In this document: positions 1 through 13,992 of the stretch, one piece after another | How the letters are laid out: each line of letters opens with the position of its first letter | How positions within the stretch are numbered: the stretch's first letter is position 1 | From: Tubulanus polymorphus | Lineage: Eukaryota; Animalia; Nemertea | DNA: 64,000 nt | NCBI RefSeq assembly: GCF_964204645.1 | Contig: NC_134030.1 | Location: 14,136,110-14,200,109 of the forward strand | Direction: 5' to 3' | Notes under the pieces: model-generated | What the model was told of the DNA's origin: nothing | Databases searched by the model: none | What the model saw: only the letters and a program-made list of their open reading frames with translations | Translations under genes and position numbers: made by a program

Positions 1-443
1 AAGCGTCATGAAAATACGTGGCTAGCTTAGCGTGGACCGGTTTTCAGGGCGGAATTATTTTCTGCGCTTGATAAGCTGCGTATTTTGGTAAGATGATGAA
101 CTGAATAAGCTGTGAATAGGTCTCGAATAATTTCATTGTGTGATCACTTAGCAATGTACTGAAATCCTTGTGTGAACGCAGCTATAAACAATCTTCTGCT
201 GGCAAAACTTGCAGTTCGATATGGACTATATAAATCAGGGGATATCTAAAGTCTGTCTCAGCCCAGTTTGCCGCGAATTTGTTAGGCAAAGGAGATCAAA
301 TGTACACATGTAAATTGGTACTGACAGCTGAAGTGGCTGAACCTCGCGCAAAGATTCAGTGAGTCAGCAAAATCAGCTGACTGTTGATATAGTAACGGCA
401 AAGAGTGGGTAACAGGAGCAAGAATGCAAACGAATTCCAGTTA

Positions 444-1039
444 CCGTATTTTCCAGCGAATAAGCCGAGGGCAGTTTTTTAGCCTAAAATACATGGATTT
501 CATAAAGCTTCGGCCAATAAGCCGAGGCCCTTCATCAGAGATTTTAATTCACTGATTTGTCAATTAGTTCGTCTGAATTGACGATTTAAGAGGCTGACAG
601 TAGCCCCCGCCGATGTGTGAGAGTGCTGTGCATACTATCATCGCCGAGTGACTGTGCTCTATATAGACTCACTCAGCTGATTACTATACATACAGCCATA
701 CACGCAGTACGCGGCTCACTGCTGATTTGCATATATACTAATGTATGAACTGACATGTGGTAGTACGATGAACTCGCGCGTTATATAAATGTATACCATT
801 GGATGGAACAATCAAAGTAAAAATAAAATAGTTCAAAATAGATTATAATTGGTAGTAAATAATGACCTCAAATAAATATCGACCACTTTTCTTGATTTTG
901 ACAATCATTGAGAGCATTAGAGTGGCATAGATCAGGAAGTGATTTTTTATGTCAGATCGTATCCGCCTAATAAGCCGATCACGATATTTTGGGTAAAAAT
1001 CTGAGGCTAGAAAATCGGCTTATTGGCCGGAAAATACGG
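444..1039. mobile_element. pogo/Tc1-mariner-type MITE
   Basis: TIRs CCGTATTTTCCAGCGAATAAGCCGA / TCGGCTTATTGGCCGGAAAATACGG, TA on both flanks (442-443, 1040-1041), internal AATAAGCCGA subterminal repeats, no ORF. Confidence 0.85.
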
Positions 1040-1380
1040 TATGCTTTACTACCTTGTTGCATGTCAGCTAAATCTTAGAACGACTTCATGAACTTTCAAT
1101 TCTTGGAGTATCCAAGAGTGCGTAACTTTTATACACAGTTTTCATGTTTGTTTTGAAGTTGTCAGGGGTGTTTTGATGGACCAATTTCCTGGAATCTGTT
1201 AAGATTTAGAACATACAACACAGCTGGAGAGGCAAATAAATAAGTAAAATCTAAAAATATCACTTCAGGAGACACACAATATTTGTTATTCATTCAATAC
1301 ATATACATTAATCCACCAGAGATCCAATTCCAAGCGCATTGATGTCATAATCATAGTCTATCTCCCAGGATTCACCCCAA

Positions 1381-1590
1381 TCACTGTCCTCTGATTTCGT
1401 AATCACTAACGTCTCCGAGGTTGGTAACAATTTGTTCGATGACATAGTCCATGATGCCCTCTGTCTCCATCATTTTATCCTCCACTTTTATGACATGGGC
1501 TATATAGTTCTTCCACTGTGACATGAGACATGGCATCAATTGAAAGTAATCTTACATCATCCAGCTTAAAGGTTTTATTGTTAGCAGCTC
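1381..1590 (-). pseudogene. C-terminal remnant of an IS630/Tc1-mariner-like transposase
   Basis: Minus strand reads AANNKTFKLDDVRLLSIDAMSHVT, then after a frameshift WKNYIAHVIKVEDKMMETEGIMDYVIEQIVTNLGD. This resembles the helical tail after the catalytic E of DDE_3-type transposases (recalled similarity). Confidence 0.55.
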
Positions 1591-2578
1591 TTTGGTACAG
1601 CTGCCAGATATCCTGCTGTGGAGTGTGTAGTTGCCATGCAGTAACCACAGGAATCAGACAATGTTATCATAGTAAAGCTTTGATGTGCTGGGCAAACTGG
1701 CCTGAGACAGACTTAAGTGTTTGATTTAGGGAGGGTTGCAACCCCAAAATAGGCCACATAATTAGAAGGTTACACAATCATTGGAAAATCCCTCTTTTTG
1801 GAACAACACAGAATATGCTTTTGAATTTAAACTTTTTCATTATTAATTGATAGATATTTCATAGTTGATATTTCCTCTCTGAATTTCAGGGCAACCTGAC
1901 ATATTAGGGGGTGTGCACCCCCTGTACTCTCTCTTTGGAGTGCCCCTGAAACAGAACCAACTGGAGGGTTTATGCAGCCTCCAATAATGATTCACTGCAA
2001 TTCTGATTGTGCTCCTGTACAATCAATGGAATTTAACTGATGCTGGTTAGAATACAACTAATACTTTTTCCTCACTTATAACTTTTGAATCTTAACATTT
2101 GTGGCCTAGAAGAACTTGCGTGGTTACAGGACCTTATCATCAAAAAATAAGTAATAGTCATTTCAACTATAATTAATGGAGGTAATGCCTCGGAGGCCCC
2201 ATAGTTTGTGTATATTTTCTTTTTTCCCACCTCACAACATTATATTTTTTTCATGGTTCTGTCGTATCATATTGATTCTTGTGTCAAATGATATGCAAAT
2301 GAAATTGCGGTGGTCAAAAGAAGGATTTCGATCCCCTCCCTGCTTAAAACCCTACTTGCTTTTCCCAGTGCATGTTGATTGGTTAAACATGCTTCATAAT
2401 TCCTAGTATATACATTCTTATTTAGTAATAAGTTTCTCTGAATCATCCTGATTCATCATAATATGTTGATACATGTAGTATATAAAGTAATTAAATTCCA
2501 AGCGTTGACAATTAGTAATCATGACTATGAAATTAATGTAGTGGTTGAGAATACCCACCTACATAGCTAGCTCAGCTT

Positions 2579-2606
2579 TCTCTCTTTCCCTTTCTCCCTC
2601 TCTCTC

Positions 2607-2650
<44 letters not shown>

Positions 2651-2749
2651 CCTCCCTCCCTCCCTCCCTCCCTCCCACCCTCCCTCTCTCTCTCTCCCTC
2701 CCTCCCTCTCCCCCCCTCCCTCTCTCCCCCTCCCTCTCTCTCCCTCCCT

Positions 2750-2786
<37 letters not shown>

Positions 2787-2795
2787 TCTCTCTCT
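2579..2795. repeat. (CT)n/(CCCT)n polypyrimidine microsatellite
   Basis: About 215 bp almost entirely C/T. Confidence 0.97.
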
Positions 2796-5700
2796 GGAAC
2801 CTTCTCCCTCTGCAATGATATCAAATGACTGGTGCCAAAATGAATGATCACTTGCTATCAACAAATCTATTAAGTTATTAAACTTATGTTGTCATGGGAG
2901 ATTTACTGAGAAGTAGCTACTTTGGAGAAGAATTAAAGTGCTGTTTTTTCTCATGCAACACCTGACATATTTACAAAAAGATTTGAAAGATTTGAATATT
3001 TATCAGACTTAACTTATGGGATCGTATCAGCATATAAATTTCAAATTGAAAATATAAATATTGACTATAGTCACTCAGTTGCATATTTATTATTTCATTG
3101 ACTCTTCCATCAAAGATTGAGGCCTTCATGATGATATCCCCCTATAAAGTTTTGAACCATACTTGCTTATCCTGCTATGGCATCATTGAATAATTTCTGG
3201 AGTGATGCGATTCAATAACAAATTGATTGATAAATGAACCCATTACTGATGGTGTGTAAATATTTCGTTGTTATGTTATGAGGTTTTAAGTAAATCTCAT
3301 GAGAAATGTTAATGAAACATGTTGATGATAAGCAGCATGTTACCAAGGAACAGTTCCTCTTTGTTGGTAACATCTTATATTTTCAAAATACTGTTTATTA
3401 TCATTAATTTATATCCGTTTCTCTGATAATGAGATTTAGTTCAAATCTCAAAATATTGGAACAATAGGTTTAAACATCGTCAATTGTTGGCGCATCCTTC
3501 AACATTAAAAACTGAGCACACATCAGTCTACCAAACTAATTAATTGTTTACAAGTGATTTTGTAGGAACATTTATTAAGGAACCTCTTCTCATTAGTTAT
3601 TTGGAATTCTATTGCTGCTTTCATTATGATCTATCTCCCTTTCGTGTATGATGACTACTACTACATTTGTCTTGAATTAGTTCTCTTCAATGTCATAATA
3701 GGATTGTTAGGCAGCCATCTATTCAGATTATATCTTTATAGATTTGTTCTTTCTTTATTGTAATGCCTAAAACTGGTGATTTAGATCTGTGATAGCCTAG
3801 TAGTCCAGGACAGGGAGTTTTCTTGGTGACTTGGTTTCATATCGTGTCTTTTCTTCATTTGAAAAACACGCGCAACTGTCTTCTTTATTTAGCCTCTATT
3901 TGGTAAGGATAAAGCCAATATCTTTTCTTGTATTGTAATTATTGTTTTCATTTTATCCAACTGACATTTTCATTTTCTTCTCTTCACTTGTTTGACAAGA
4001 AATAATTTTTGTCAGTCTGACATCATTTTTGTGTAGTTTCAATTGCTGTGTGGTGGTATCCACCTTATGCAGTCATATAATAAGGTGCATGGTTTTGAAA
4101 ATCATAAAGGGATTGTAATGGCTGAAAAACATCTCTACCAGCTATTTTGTGCTCAAGATATCTGTTGTAAAAATCACACCTCTATATTTTTCTACTTCCC
4201 GATTTAAAGCAATGTTATGAGGATGATATCTATACATGTGAATTAATTTTCAGCGCATAAAAGTATGCTTTCTTATAAAAACAAAATATCATAGCGATTT
4301 GGACTAGAAATGTGATATGCATGAAATGTTTCCTGGTAATTGTTGATTACTTTTGTGATAATTATGATATAATAATCGTTGTTAATAGAATTATTGCTAT
4401 CGTTATTACTATTTCTTAAAGATAACTGCTACATCTTTTTTCAACAGGGTTTTACGTAATATAATGTAAATTCCGTGCTGGTAAACAAACTGTGTTTAAT
4501 CTAATTTGCCTATGTACTTAACAATATGTTTCTTTTATTTGTTGTTTCCGTATATTTATTCTAGAATCGATTTCATTCCGTAAAGCCTGATTCGAAAATT
4601 ATTCAGTTCAATTACAAATTAATTGTTTTACATATTACTCCAATTGAGAATGTTTATGGTTTGGATTTTATCACTTTTTGAGATGTTGTTTTCGAGTTTG
4701 GTCAACGGAAGAGAGATTGTTTCTGAAGTTTGACCCGACTGGCATTATTTCTTCATCTACGAATCACAAGAACAAATATTAGGAATGAGTTTTGGTTAAG
4801 ATTTAACCAAATAGACACTCATACTTTTAATGACCAGGATCATGTAATAATCAGAGTTTAAATGAGAAAGTATTTTTTCAAATCAAAAGGAGAGTAAAAC
4901 ATGCATAGCAATAATAAATGCATACATTCAATCTGATGAAGATCTCATGCCAGTTGCTATAGAAGTATCTGGCGTCACGATATTTTCGCACCACCAGGCC
5001 CCTGGAATGAGGCAGAGTTTGATTTCTACCCTAACAATCACTACTGTATAACTTGTATGGCTAAATAAAAAAACAAAAACTACTTTACAGCAACTACTAC
5101 TACATCAAACTAATTATCATTGATACCACTGCTTTAAAAATGCACTTCTCTCTGAGTTAGACATGTTCAACTTCCTCGTTCGGCGGGGATACATGACACC
5201 CATCCTCCCTAAGCAAGGATTCAAACCTGAGATAATCCTGAGAATTGCTTGGGTTCAAATCTATGCCTTCCATTGCTTAGCCACTCGAACCAATTGATGA
5301 TTTTGAAAATTTCTTAAAATTGCCGAAATAAAACATGTCAATCTTGTGTTCGGAGAGAGGAAGCATGTGCTTATTTATATCGGCGCTCTCCTGTATTGTA
5401 TTTTACACAATGCGTGAGTAAATGTCATAAATACAGTACAGCGAGCGTGTGGACTAGTTGTACATGGTGCAACAACTGGGCACCAGTCTTGATTTGGCGC
5501 ACAGTAGTGTTAAACTCGGTCGTCGAAATCGATCTGATGATTTTTTATGAAGCCAAACCAGTCAACTGGTGGGAAATTGAGATTATTATCGTATTTTCTT
5601 CATGCATGAGGTTTGGCTATAGCGTTGTGTATGGAACCTTTCTTCTATAGTGGATCAGTGCACTCTTGTACCCCGCAGATTATAGGAATATCTTATGTCG

Positions 5701-6154
5701 CCACCTGGTATCATGAATAGAAAAACTAGTCGCATGAATACTGCCTTACTCGTGTTCTATGATCAGAATTCTGCCAAGATTTTTGAAATGAAGTGCCTCA
5801 ACCTAGATAATGATAACTTAGGCTGGCACTGGTCAAATTCTACCCAGTTCGTGCCAAATACGGAGTAAGAGTTTTGGAACCTGGTTAGGATTTCACCATT
5901 GCTCATTAAGAATTATTTTAAATTCAAATGTTTTACCAACCTATTCAGTTTGGAGAAGTATTGTTAGGACTGTAAATATCAGTGGAGTCAAGCTGTTTAC
6001 TGACTAGAATGGTACCGAGTTACGTGGTTAGTCTTGGTGTAGACAGTATCTGATACCGGGTTAACTGCGACATGGGAATTTGCTTTGTATATTGACTGCT
6101 GTATGCAATAGGTTGTCAAATCACTCCCAGCAGAATCTCTTCATAATTACACAT

Positions 6155-6195
6155 ATTATTATTATTATTATTATTATTTTATTATTATCATTATT
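6155..6195. repeat. (ATT)n microsatellite
   Basis: Direct reading. Confidence 0.9.
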
Positions 6196-6881
6196 AAATT
6201 TGTTTGTTTGTTGGATCAATTTGCGTTGTACCGCCAGTTCTTTTAACAACAACTCAATGATTGTCGATGAGATTTTAAAAAAATGATGCTTGGACTTTGT
6301 CGGTCTAGTTGAGTTTTATTCTAAGGATGAACGCATGCCATTTTATACTATTTAGAGGCACTATTTCGATAGAGTAAAAATACTTGTTTAATTAAAGTGT
6401 AGACATTTTGTTTGATAATATTCGTGTCTCAGGTTGAAATTTTTTGCCAATATTGAAAGAATTGACACTGCCTGTTACAGGGAAACTGTTTGCCTCTAGG
6501 TAGGAATCAGGCATTTTTAGTTCTATTTCAGGGTTAGCTGTAAATTCCTATGCGGGTACTGTGTAAGTGTCTTGGTGATGCCCCTAGTGACTAATATCAC
6601 AAACTTTTTGCTGTTTTTGATTAACTAAATGCAGTTCATCCATAGAATAGAACCAAGTGATTTAAAAACCTACTGTTCTCTTAAATTTAGTTCAGTTTTG
6701 AACTGTTAACTAATCATTTTAAACAGAACAATCAAAGCCCAAGCGAACGCAAATCTGATGCACAAAAAAATGAGTGATAAATGAATTCAATATTCATCCA
6801 TACCTGGTTGAGCGTAGAGTTAGTTTTAGATATTTTTTCTTGACGCAAATTTTCATCCAGATTATGTTGTCTTTGCTTCAG

Positions 6882-7075
6882 AAACTGGAGGTGAGAATGG
6901 TGACCTAACGCCATCTACAGAAGTTGATGAAGTGAATGAAGCACTCTCTACATCATCTGATCAGATAGCAACACCATGTATTTCAGCTGACAAATCATTG
7001 GTGACATCTCCCTATCTTAAAGAGACACAGGCTCCATTTATTGCAGAAGATGATGGCCAGAAGAATACAGAGCAG
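6882..7075 (+). CDS. GPATCH8: Internal coding exon of the GPATCH8/ZNF804-like gene (phase 1 to 0)
   Basis: tctttgcttcAG acceptor and CAG|GTact donor. Open frame TGGENGDLTPSTEVDEVNEALS...DDGQKNTEQ. Phase compatible with the downstream exons. Confidence 0.7.
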
Positions 7076-8047
7076 GTACTTTTGCTAACCAGTAGATGAC
7101 TTGATAGATATTATCAAGTTCAAGGTCACTTGATCTTCTACATAGCCACCAGGTGGTGCTTAATACATGAAAAGTGACTACTTCAGATCACTTTGTAAAT
7201 GAAACATATTTCTTTATGACTCCCAGGTAGAGATTGGGGCACATGAGATTTCCACCCCTTTTGAAATTCTAGTTTGCACAATAGTGGATTTTCATAAAGT
7301 TTAGTGACTGTTTTGGCCTAAGAATATGTGCGGCCCTCTCGAAAATTGAGGTCATCGGCCATCAAATAGGGCTACCAGGGAAGCCATCTTGAATTTTTTT
7401 TGTGAAAACAATGAAGCCTACAATTCTGAAACTGAATCGGGGTAGATGAGATGTCCACCCCTATTCAAAATATAAGTCGTAAAAAATGGTCGCCATTGCA
7501 GCCATCTTGAATATCTTGCTAGCATGATACAACCTACAATTCTTAAAGGCTTTACATGAAACTAGGGGTGATGATTGGGGCAGGTAAGATGTTCACCACT
7601 TTCGAAAATGGAGGTCATCAGCCATTAAATATGGCCACCAGGGTAGCCACTTTGAATTTCTTGTTAAGCATAATACAGCCTGGAATATCTGAATATCTGA
7701 TGGATATCCATGAAACTTGATGTGAGAGTTAAGACAGGTTTATCTGAAATCGACTTAAATTCTTAGAAAGTAGGTGAGTGTATTGTGGGGGTGGTATATA
7801 AGGCAGTATGTTGAACCTTATAACGAACTTTAAGGGTTTCGGGTATGTTCATGTTCATTAGACCTACGTATATCTGGTTAAGTTCCTTATTGTCTAAATC
7901 TTGTTTCATCATTAGTCAAATTGATACCTATATGTATGAGAAAGCTCCACATCCACCACTCCTAACAATTGTAAAGAATAATGATAGTGGCAATTGTATT
8001 AAAACAGAACCATTCTCAGTCGATCGATATATTTCTTCTATTTGCAG

Positions 8048-8155
8048 GAAATGAAGCAAGGATATGAGGTTATTAAAACTGATGAATCGATAGATACTAG
8101 TTCTCAGGATGATGTTATATCAATATCAGCCATTGATGATCTTGATGATTTAAAG
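8048..8155 (+). CDS. GPATCH8: Internal coding exon of the GPATCH8/ZNF804-like gene (phase 0 to 0, 108 nt)
   Basis: ttcttctatttgcAG acceptor and AAG|GTaatt donor. Reads EMKQGYEVIKTDESIDTSSQDDVISISAIDDLDDLK. Confidence 0.7.
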
Positions 8156-8269
8156 GTAATTTTTGACTTTTGGCTCTTGAGACCTGTCCAGAAATAACGT
8201 GCTCACAAAATTCCATGCACGTAAACTTGTCTTCTGTACTGTACACTTTCCTTATGCGATTAGTGCCTT

Positions 8270-9014
8270 TTAAAACTTTACCAAACATAGATGAAGTGGT
8301 GAGAAGATGATTCTGTGAAAGGTTCCAATTATGCATTGAGTTCGATATTTTTTGCGATGTGTTCCATCCGAAAAATTAATACCTCCATTCTTCTCCCTTT
8401 TGATTCGTTGATACGACATTCATTGACCAGGGCTCTTTCAGCTAATCACTGCTCTTCAACGGCCAAGGCCTATATAAACGCGCCTTTTGACGTCATTTTA
8501 AGAAAGCTGCACTCTGATTGGTTGTTCAGGGAATACCCTCAGCAGCTGAGGGTATTCTCAAACAAGCGGTTTAGATGAACAAGACATAAGGCACAAGGGA
8601 TACACGCCATTTTGCCTTTTTGATGTTTTGGGTAAGTGTATTTCATCTATTTTGCTGAATATGATAAAATTCCTCCTATGATTGGCTTAGCCGCAGAAAT
8701 CAGCTGGTGTTCACATGAACCCGCGGTATTGTCTACTGTTTTACTTCCATGTTTAGTTCAAAATTTCAGAAATTCCGATTCTATTTTGATTCAAATCAAT
8801 GAGACTAAGGGAAAATATTGATCTTAGGCATTTATTCCTGCCAGCTCCCTGCCTGTGCTACTTATGAAAACACAATTGTAGTGTTTCAATGATAGGTTTT
8901 CCCGGACTCTGAGCTGGGAGTGTATTTTGACAAATATAACACACAGAGTGCATAATTTGCCATTTTATGAAAAGCTGACTAAGGCTGGTTGTAGTGCCCA
9001 ATGGGGCTACTGTT
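8270..9014 (+). mobile_element. Partial copy of HINE-like family B
   Basis: Shares ATTGGCTTAGCCGCAGA.ATCAGC.GGTGTTCAC and the 3' GGCTGG...GCCC...GGGGCT..TGTT end with 48767-49650. The 5' boundary is approximate. Confidence 0.6.
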
Positions 9015-10164
9015 AGTTGCATGTGATTTTCTTTCAACCGCATTTTTGTGTCTTTCTTAAATTTAGCCTTAGGTCCGCTTGTTTGTGTATTAATAAGCTG
9101 AAACTTAATTGGTACTTCTTTTATTGTTTCAGATTTTGTCAGGTGGATGTTGAATGATACGTTCAATCCCCACTACACTAGACAGTGGTTTCTATTCGTG
9201 TTTACTACAGCAAACATGGCTTTCCCAGACCCGCTTACCCCTACGGGATTTCTGTATTTGCTACGGATTTTAATAGCTAAATACGGAAGTACAGATGCTG
9301 CGTAAAAACTACAGTTATTCATCCATTCTTTTCAAAATATGGATTTGTTTTATCTTCTTGTCTGAAAATACGGCTATAGTTTATCATCACATCTGTGAAT
9401 ACTGCTGTAGTTTAACATCATATCTGTGAATACGGTTATGAACTTTCAAAAACGGGAGTACGGGTTCGTTTATGTCTACTGCTCGTAAATCGGGTCAGAG
9501 GATTGATCAATTGGCCTACGTGACTGACCTTGCTTGAGCGTTCGCTGCCGGCGCGCCGCTTCAAAGTTATGAATAAAGTACTGTATAACTGATTGTGAAT
9601 GACATACAACAAATAAACCTTTAAAGAAAGGTACCTAGTGTCTGACATTCTACTGTAAAATCCGGATCGATCCACCGCATAGTTTTTTCATAGTGAGCAT
9701 TTTAGTATATGAATCAATTAAGATGATTGACAGACGCGGGTGTGGTTGTATCAGCTGTTGAAGACGTTTGATGTAAACAATAATTTTAACCACGTGCACG
9801 ATGAAAACAGCGACATCAAACTAATGGTTGGTGATAAAATATGGCTGCCATTGGGGTGGCCATGTTGAATTTTTGTTTGCACGATGCAGCCCGCAATTCT
9901 TGATGGATTTCCACAAAATTTTGTTTGAGGATCATGGTCAAGCTGTCCATGCCTTTTGTATATGGAGGTCATCGGCCTTCAAATATGGCCGCCAGGTAAG
10001 CCATCTTGAATTTCTAGCACAAAACGGCCTGCAATTCTTGATGCATTTTCAAGATACTAGGTGTAAGAATTTTGGTAGGTAAAATGTCTACCCCTTTTGT
10101 CAACCAGGGTTGCCATCTATCTTTGATGTATTTTCAGCACGATGCCGACACCAATTCTTGATGC

Positions 10165-11453
10165 TTTTTTAGCCCACTTGGGACTTTAGTCCCAGCGGGC
10201 TATTGCGTTCACTTTTCGTCCGTCGTCCGTCCGTCCATAGACGGAATCCAGTTATTTTGGGAAGTTTTGAAGACGCTTGACGGTAATGTCTTGATATTTG
10301 GGTTACGCATGTATCTACCCTAGACACATCTTCAGCCCAAAAACTGGCCCTATCAGATTCAAGATGGCCGACTGGCAGCCATTGTTGTTTGCCAAAATCA
10401 GCACTTTTTACCCTTTTTTGAACTTATTGAGGAAAATTTTGAAGACGCTTCGATCAATTACCTTGATCTTTCGGGTTTATATGTGAATCCCCCCAGGGCC
10501 CATCAGCATAACAAAAATTGGGACGATCGGACTCAAGATGGCCGTCCTATGACCTTTTTAGTGCCCAAAAATGTTAATTTTGGCGCGAATTCTGAGTCCT
10601 GTAGCTTCCTACTGGTTTACCATTTCTCATTGCGTTTTGTGATGGGTATTCTTTGGAAAGGGATGTTTTATACCTGAGACAGGTATTTTTCATCAGCCAA
10701 TTATGACGCAATTGGCGGCCATCTTGGTGTCACCAGTACTCATCCGTAAGTGGGAAAAAGTTTTTCCACATTATATTGATACCTAAGCATATATTGTTAC
10801 CACAATCAACTAGAAAGTTGTAGCTCATTACGTGTTCTATGATTGTGGTGAGTTTCAAGGTCATTGGCTTTTGAATATGGCCACCAGGGAACGTTGAATA
10901 ATGCAATATCTTAGCATTTCTATATTATATTCGTACCTATGCATATTTTGTAACCACACTCAATTGGAAAGTTGTAGCTCATGTCATCATCTATGATTGT
11001 TGCGAGTTTTAAGGATATTGGATTTTCTCTATGGTCACCAGGGGGCGTTGTATAGTAGAATAACTTAATATTTCCTCATTATATTGGTACCTAGGCATAT
11101 TTTGTTACCATGATCAATTGCAAAGTTGTAGTTCATGACATGTTCTATGAATGTGGTAAGTTTCGTATGAATGTGGTAAGTTTCGAGGTCATTGGGTTTT
11201 GAATATTGTCACCAGGGGGCGTTAAATAGTAGAATAACTTAGTATTTCCATAAAAAATTGGTAACGAGGCATATTTTGTTATCACAATCAATTACAAAAT
11301 CGAAGCTGCTGACATGTTCTATGATTGTGGTGAGTTTCAAGGTCATTGGTTTTTGTATATGGTCACCAGGGGGCGTTGAATATTGAATTTGTTAGATTGT
11401 TGAGCATTTGGAACCACTTCCCAAGTGGGCATGGTGTCCCTGGACCCCTAGTT
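10165..11453 (+). mobile_element. Helentron-associated interspersed element (HINE) family A, complete
   Basis: T-run, then subTIR GCCCACTTGGG with adjacent inverted copy, (GTCC)n microsatellite, internal tandem repeats (GGTCACCAGGGGGCGTTG...), 3' subTIR CCCAAGTGGGC, a short stem-loop and CTAGTT. Confidence 0.8.
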
Positions 11454-11559
11454 TCATGTAGTGTGATCTTTGGGGCAGCTAAAATGGGCTTGTCTTTTCA
11501 TGTAAGGATATATAAACAGAAAATGAACATGAATTTCAAGCAATGCCCTTACTCCAAAC

Positions 11560-12637
11560 AGTTAACTAATATATAACATACCTCTAGTATGCATTACTGT
11601 CTTGTTCTAACTAAAGATGAGCTCAGAGTCTGTCTAAAACAACTAACATGTGAGTGGCCACTCATGCTTCCTCTCAACTCTGCTATGTCCCCTCAGTTAT
11701 GTGTCACCACAAAAAGTTCTATATTAACAATCTCATCTCTTTTCTCTTTTGAGATGCGGCAATTACTTCAAACGAAAGCTCATCAACTTTCCTGGAGTTA
11801 AGTGAATAATTACTTAAACTTAAGACCGATAAAACTATGATTGATCGTGAACTGAATGACAACAGTTTTTTGTCGAACGGAAAACACATCATTACATATC
11901 TACATTGTCGATGTTTCATTTTAAAACTTATTTACTGAAGAACCTGGATGTTTCCAGATTCAAGCGCATGTAGCAGACTAAATGGTGAAGCCCCTTTTTT
12001 AGTGAGGCAGTCTGCTAGTTGACTTTTGGTATCTATCCAATTAACTTCCGTTTTTGCCTTGGTCTCTAACGATTCTTTGATAGCAGCTATGTCAGGTCTT
12101 AAACGTCGTTCAGTAACAGCTTTGTTGGACTTAATTGCTTCATACAACGACTTACTATCCACTAGACATACTATTTTCAGTAAGTCTGTCTCCGTCTTTC
12201 CCCACATCAACTTAGTGTACATATTACGCAGGGGAATAGCTGCATCAACGGCATCCGCTAGTGCCAAAGTTTCAGCAGCAATGGTACTACGTGCGACTCT
12301 TATCAGTTTCCTCGAACTCCAACATACCGGATTCATTTTTCCATTTTCACTTACGAGACATATGAAGTACGCACCTTGAGTACCGCCATCATCCATGTTA
12401 GCCAGAGACGCATCACTGTAAACAACCAGTAAAGTCAATTTTCCCAGTGGTTTCGCTCTGCTACCATTGTTAACTAATATATAACATACCTCTAGTATGC
12501 ATTACTGTCTTGTTCTAACTAAAGATGAGCTCAGAGTCTGTCTAAAACAACTAACATGTGAGTGGCCACTCATGCTTCCTCTCAACTCTGCTATGTCCCC
12601 TCAATTATGTGTCACCCCAAAAAGTTCTATATTAACA
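11560..12637 (-). mobile_element. Internally deleted Ty1/copia (GalEa-like) LTR retrotransposon, 1078 bp
   Basis: 170-bp LTRs at 11560-11729 and 12468-12637 (3 differences), PBS TGGTAGCAGAGC, PPT AAAAGAGAAAAGAGATGAGAT, 5-bp TSD CAAAC. An empty paralogous site lies at 17641-17715. Confidence 0.95.
11932..12453 (-). pseudogene. Copia RNase H domain (open frame, no upstream pol)
   Basis: Motifs YSDAS, ARSTIAAETLAL, VDSKSL, QLADCLTK. Confidence 0.92.
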
Positions 12638-12689
12638 CAAACAACCTCTATCTTTCAAGGTAAACCACATGTTGCCCATGTGCAATTTA

Positions 12690-13638
12690 TTTTCAATTTG
12701 TTGCCTCTTCTGATTGTCCATTGGAATATTGATTCCAGCAGTCTTATTTTCCATGCGTCGCATAAACAGATCTTCGCTCGCGATTGCATTTTTGTGATAG
12801 TCATAGTTATCTCTGTACTCTTTAAATTTGGTGGTTGCAATATTCCAATTGACTAAAGGGGCAATAACAAGCCGCTTTAAATCAATTCCGGTTTTTGACG
12901 AAACACTACCATTGCCGAAGAACACACACGATCTGCAGTAAGCACCATCTTCTTAAGAGTATTCGAGCCAGCTATACCTGGACAACCACACTGGAAGAAA
13001 TGACCGCCTATAACCATAAATCAATTTAGTCTGGAATTTGTAATCTGCATCCGGGCACCATACAGATTTCAAGGCATGGTATTTTTCTGAGTCGTCCATG
13101 CTTCTAGCATTGCAATTCACATAGTAGGAGATGGAGTTTAAACTAAACTCATACCTAAAATGAAACATAAAATAATTTGAGCTCTATGAAAAAAACAAAA
13201 CAAACATCTTTTTTACTAAACTTATTGTCTTCACATGTTGACATCCTAATATCTTATGTAACCGGCTGGTTGTTGTATCGGCAGGCTGGCTGGGGAACTA
13301 GCATTTACACCAGCGGTACAGGATTCCATCCATCAGGAACAACAAGGCAGTTAAACCTTATATGTACAATCTTTATTGCATCCCGGAATGAGAATGATTA
13401 TCATACCTTTACATAGCCTTTATATACAGAATCATGAGTATAATGTGAGAACTAGGTGTCAGACAAGTTTTAGACATCAGGACTCACAAACAAACACCTA
13501 GTGACATGTTTGAGAGACGTTAATTAATTATCGATGAGCACTGACTATAGCTAATTATTGTGAAAACATTTTGAGTAATGTCACATGTTGATTACGACCT
13601 TAATGCACATATTGACACTATAGTCATAAGTTATATTA

Positions 13639-13690
<52 letters not shown>

Positions 13691-13992
13691 AATATGTAGT
13701 AGAGCTATGAAATGTTATGAACTGTTCGATATGACATTGTAGATCTATATGATTATGAAATATGCAAATTATATCAGGGTCACCCTGATATAATTTGCAT
13801 ATATAATTTGTACACGTGTTTGCTAGTGAAGGGACGCGATGTTGTGTGGTTCACACTAAAACCCGGATTCCGGACACGGAATTAGCGGTTGCTGAAATAA
13901 TGCTATCAAAAATATTGCCGGTGAAATTTCGAAGGGCACTTAAAAATTCTAGACAATTGGGCAATACGGCTAATACGGTGGATCCGCCCCTG
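12690..13992 (-). mobile_element. 5' part of a hAT (Tip100/ZMYM1-like) transposon
   Basis: Terminal CAGGGGCGGATCCAC at 13992. Decayed TTF-type zinc finger RRSFLPVWLSRYSWLEYS*EDGAYCRSCVFF...YHKNA at 12690-13140. Confidence 0.75.
13632..13690. repeat. (TTA)n microsatellite
   Basis: Direct reading. Confidence 0.95.

Noticed and set aside
2545-2864. Three ORFs rich in SL, ER or GR repeats
   Set aside because: Translations of the CT microsatellite
11589-12856. Duplicated MHYCLVLTK ORFs
   Set aside because: Read-through of the two LTRs
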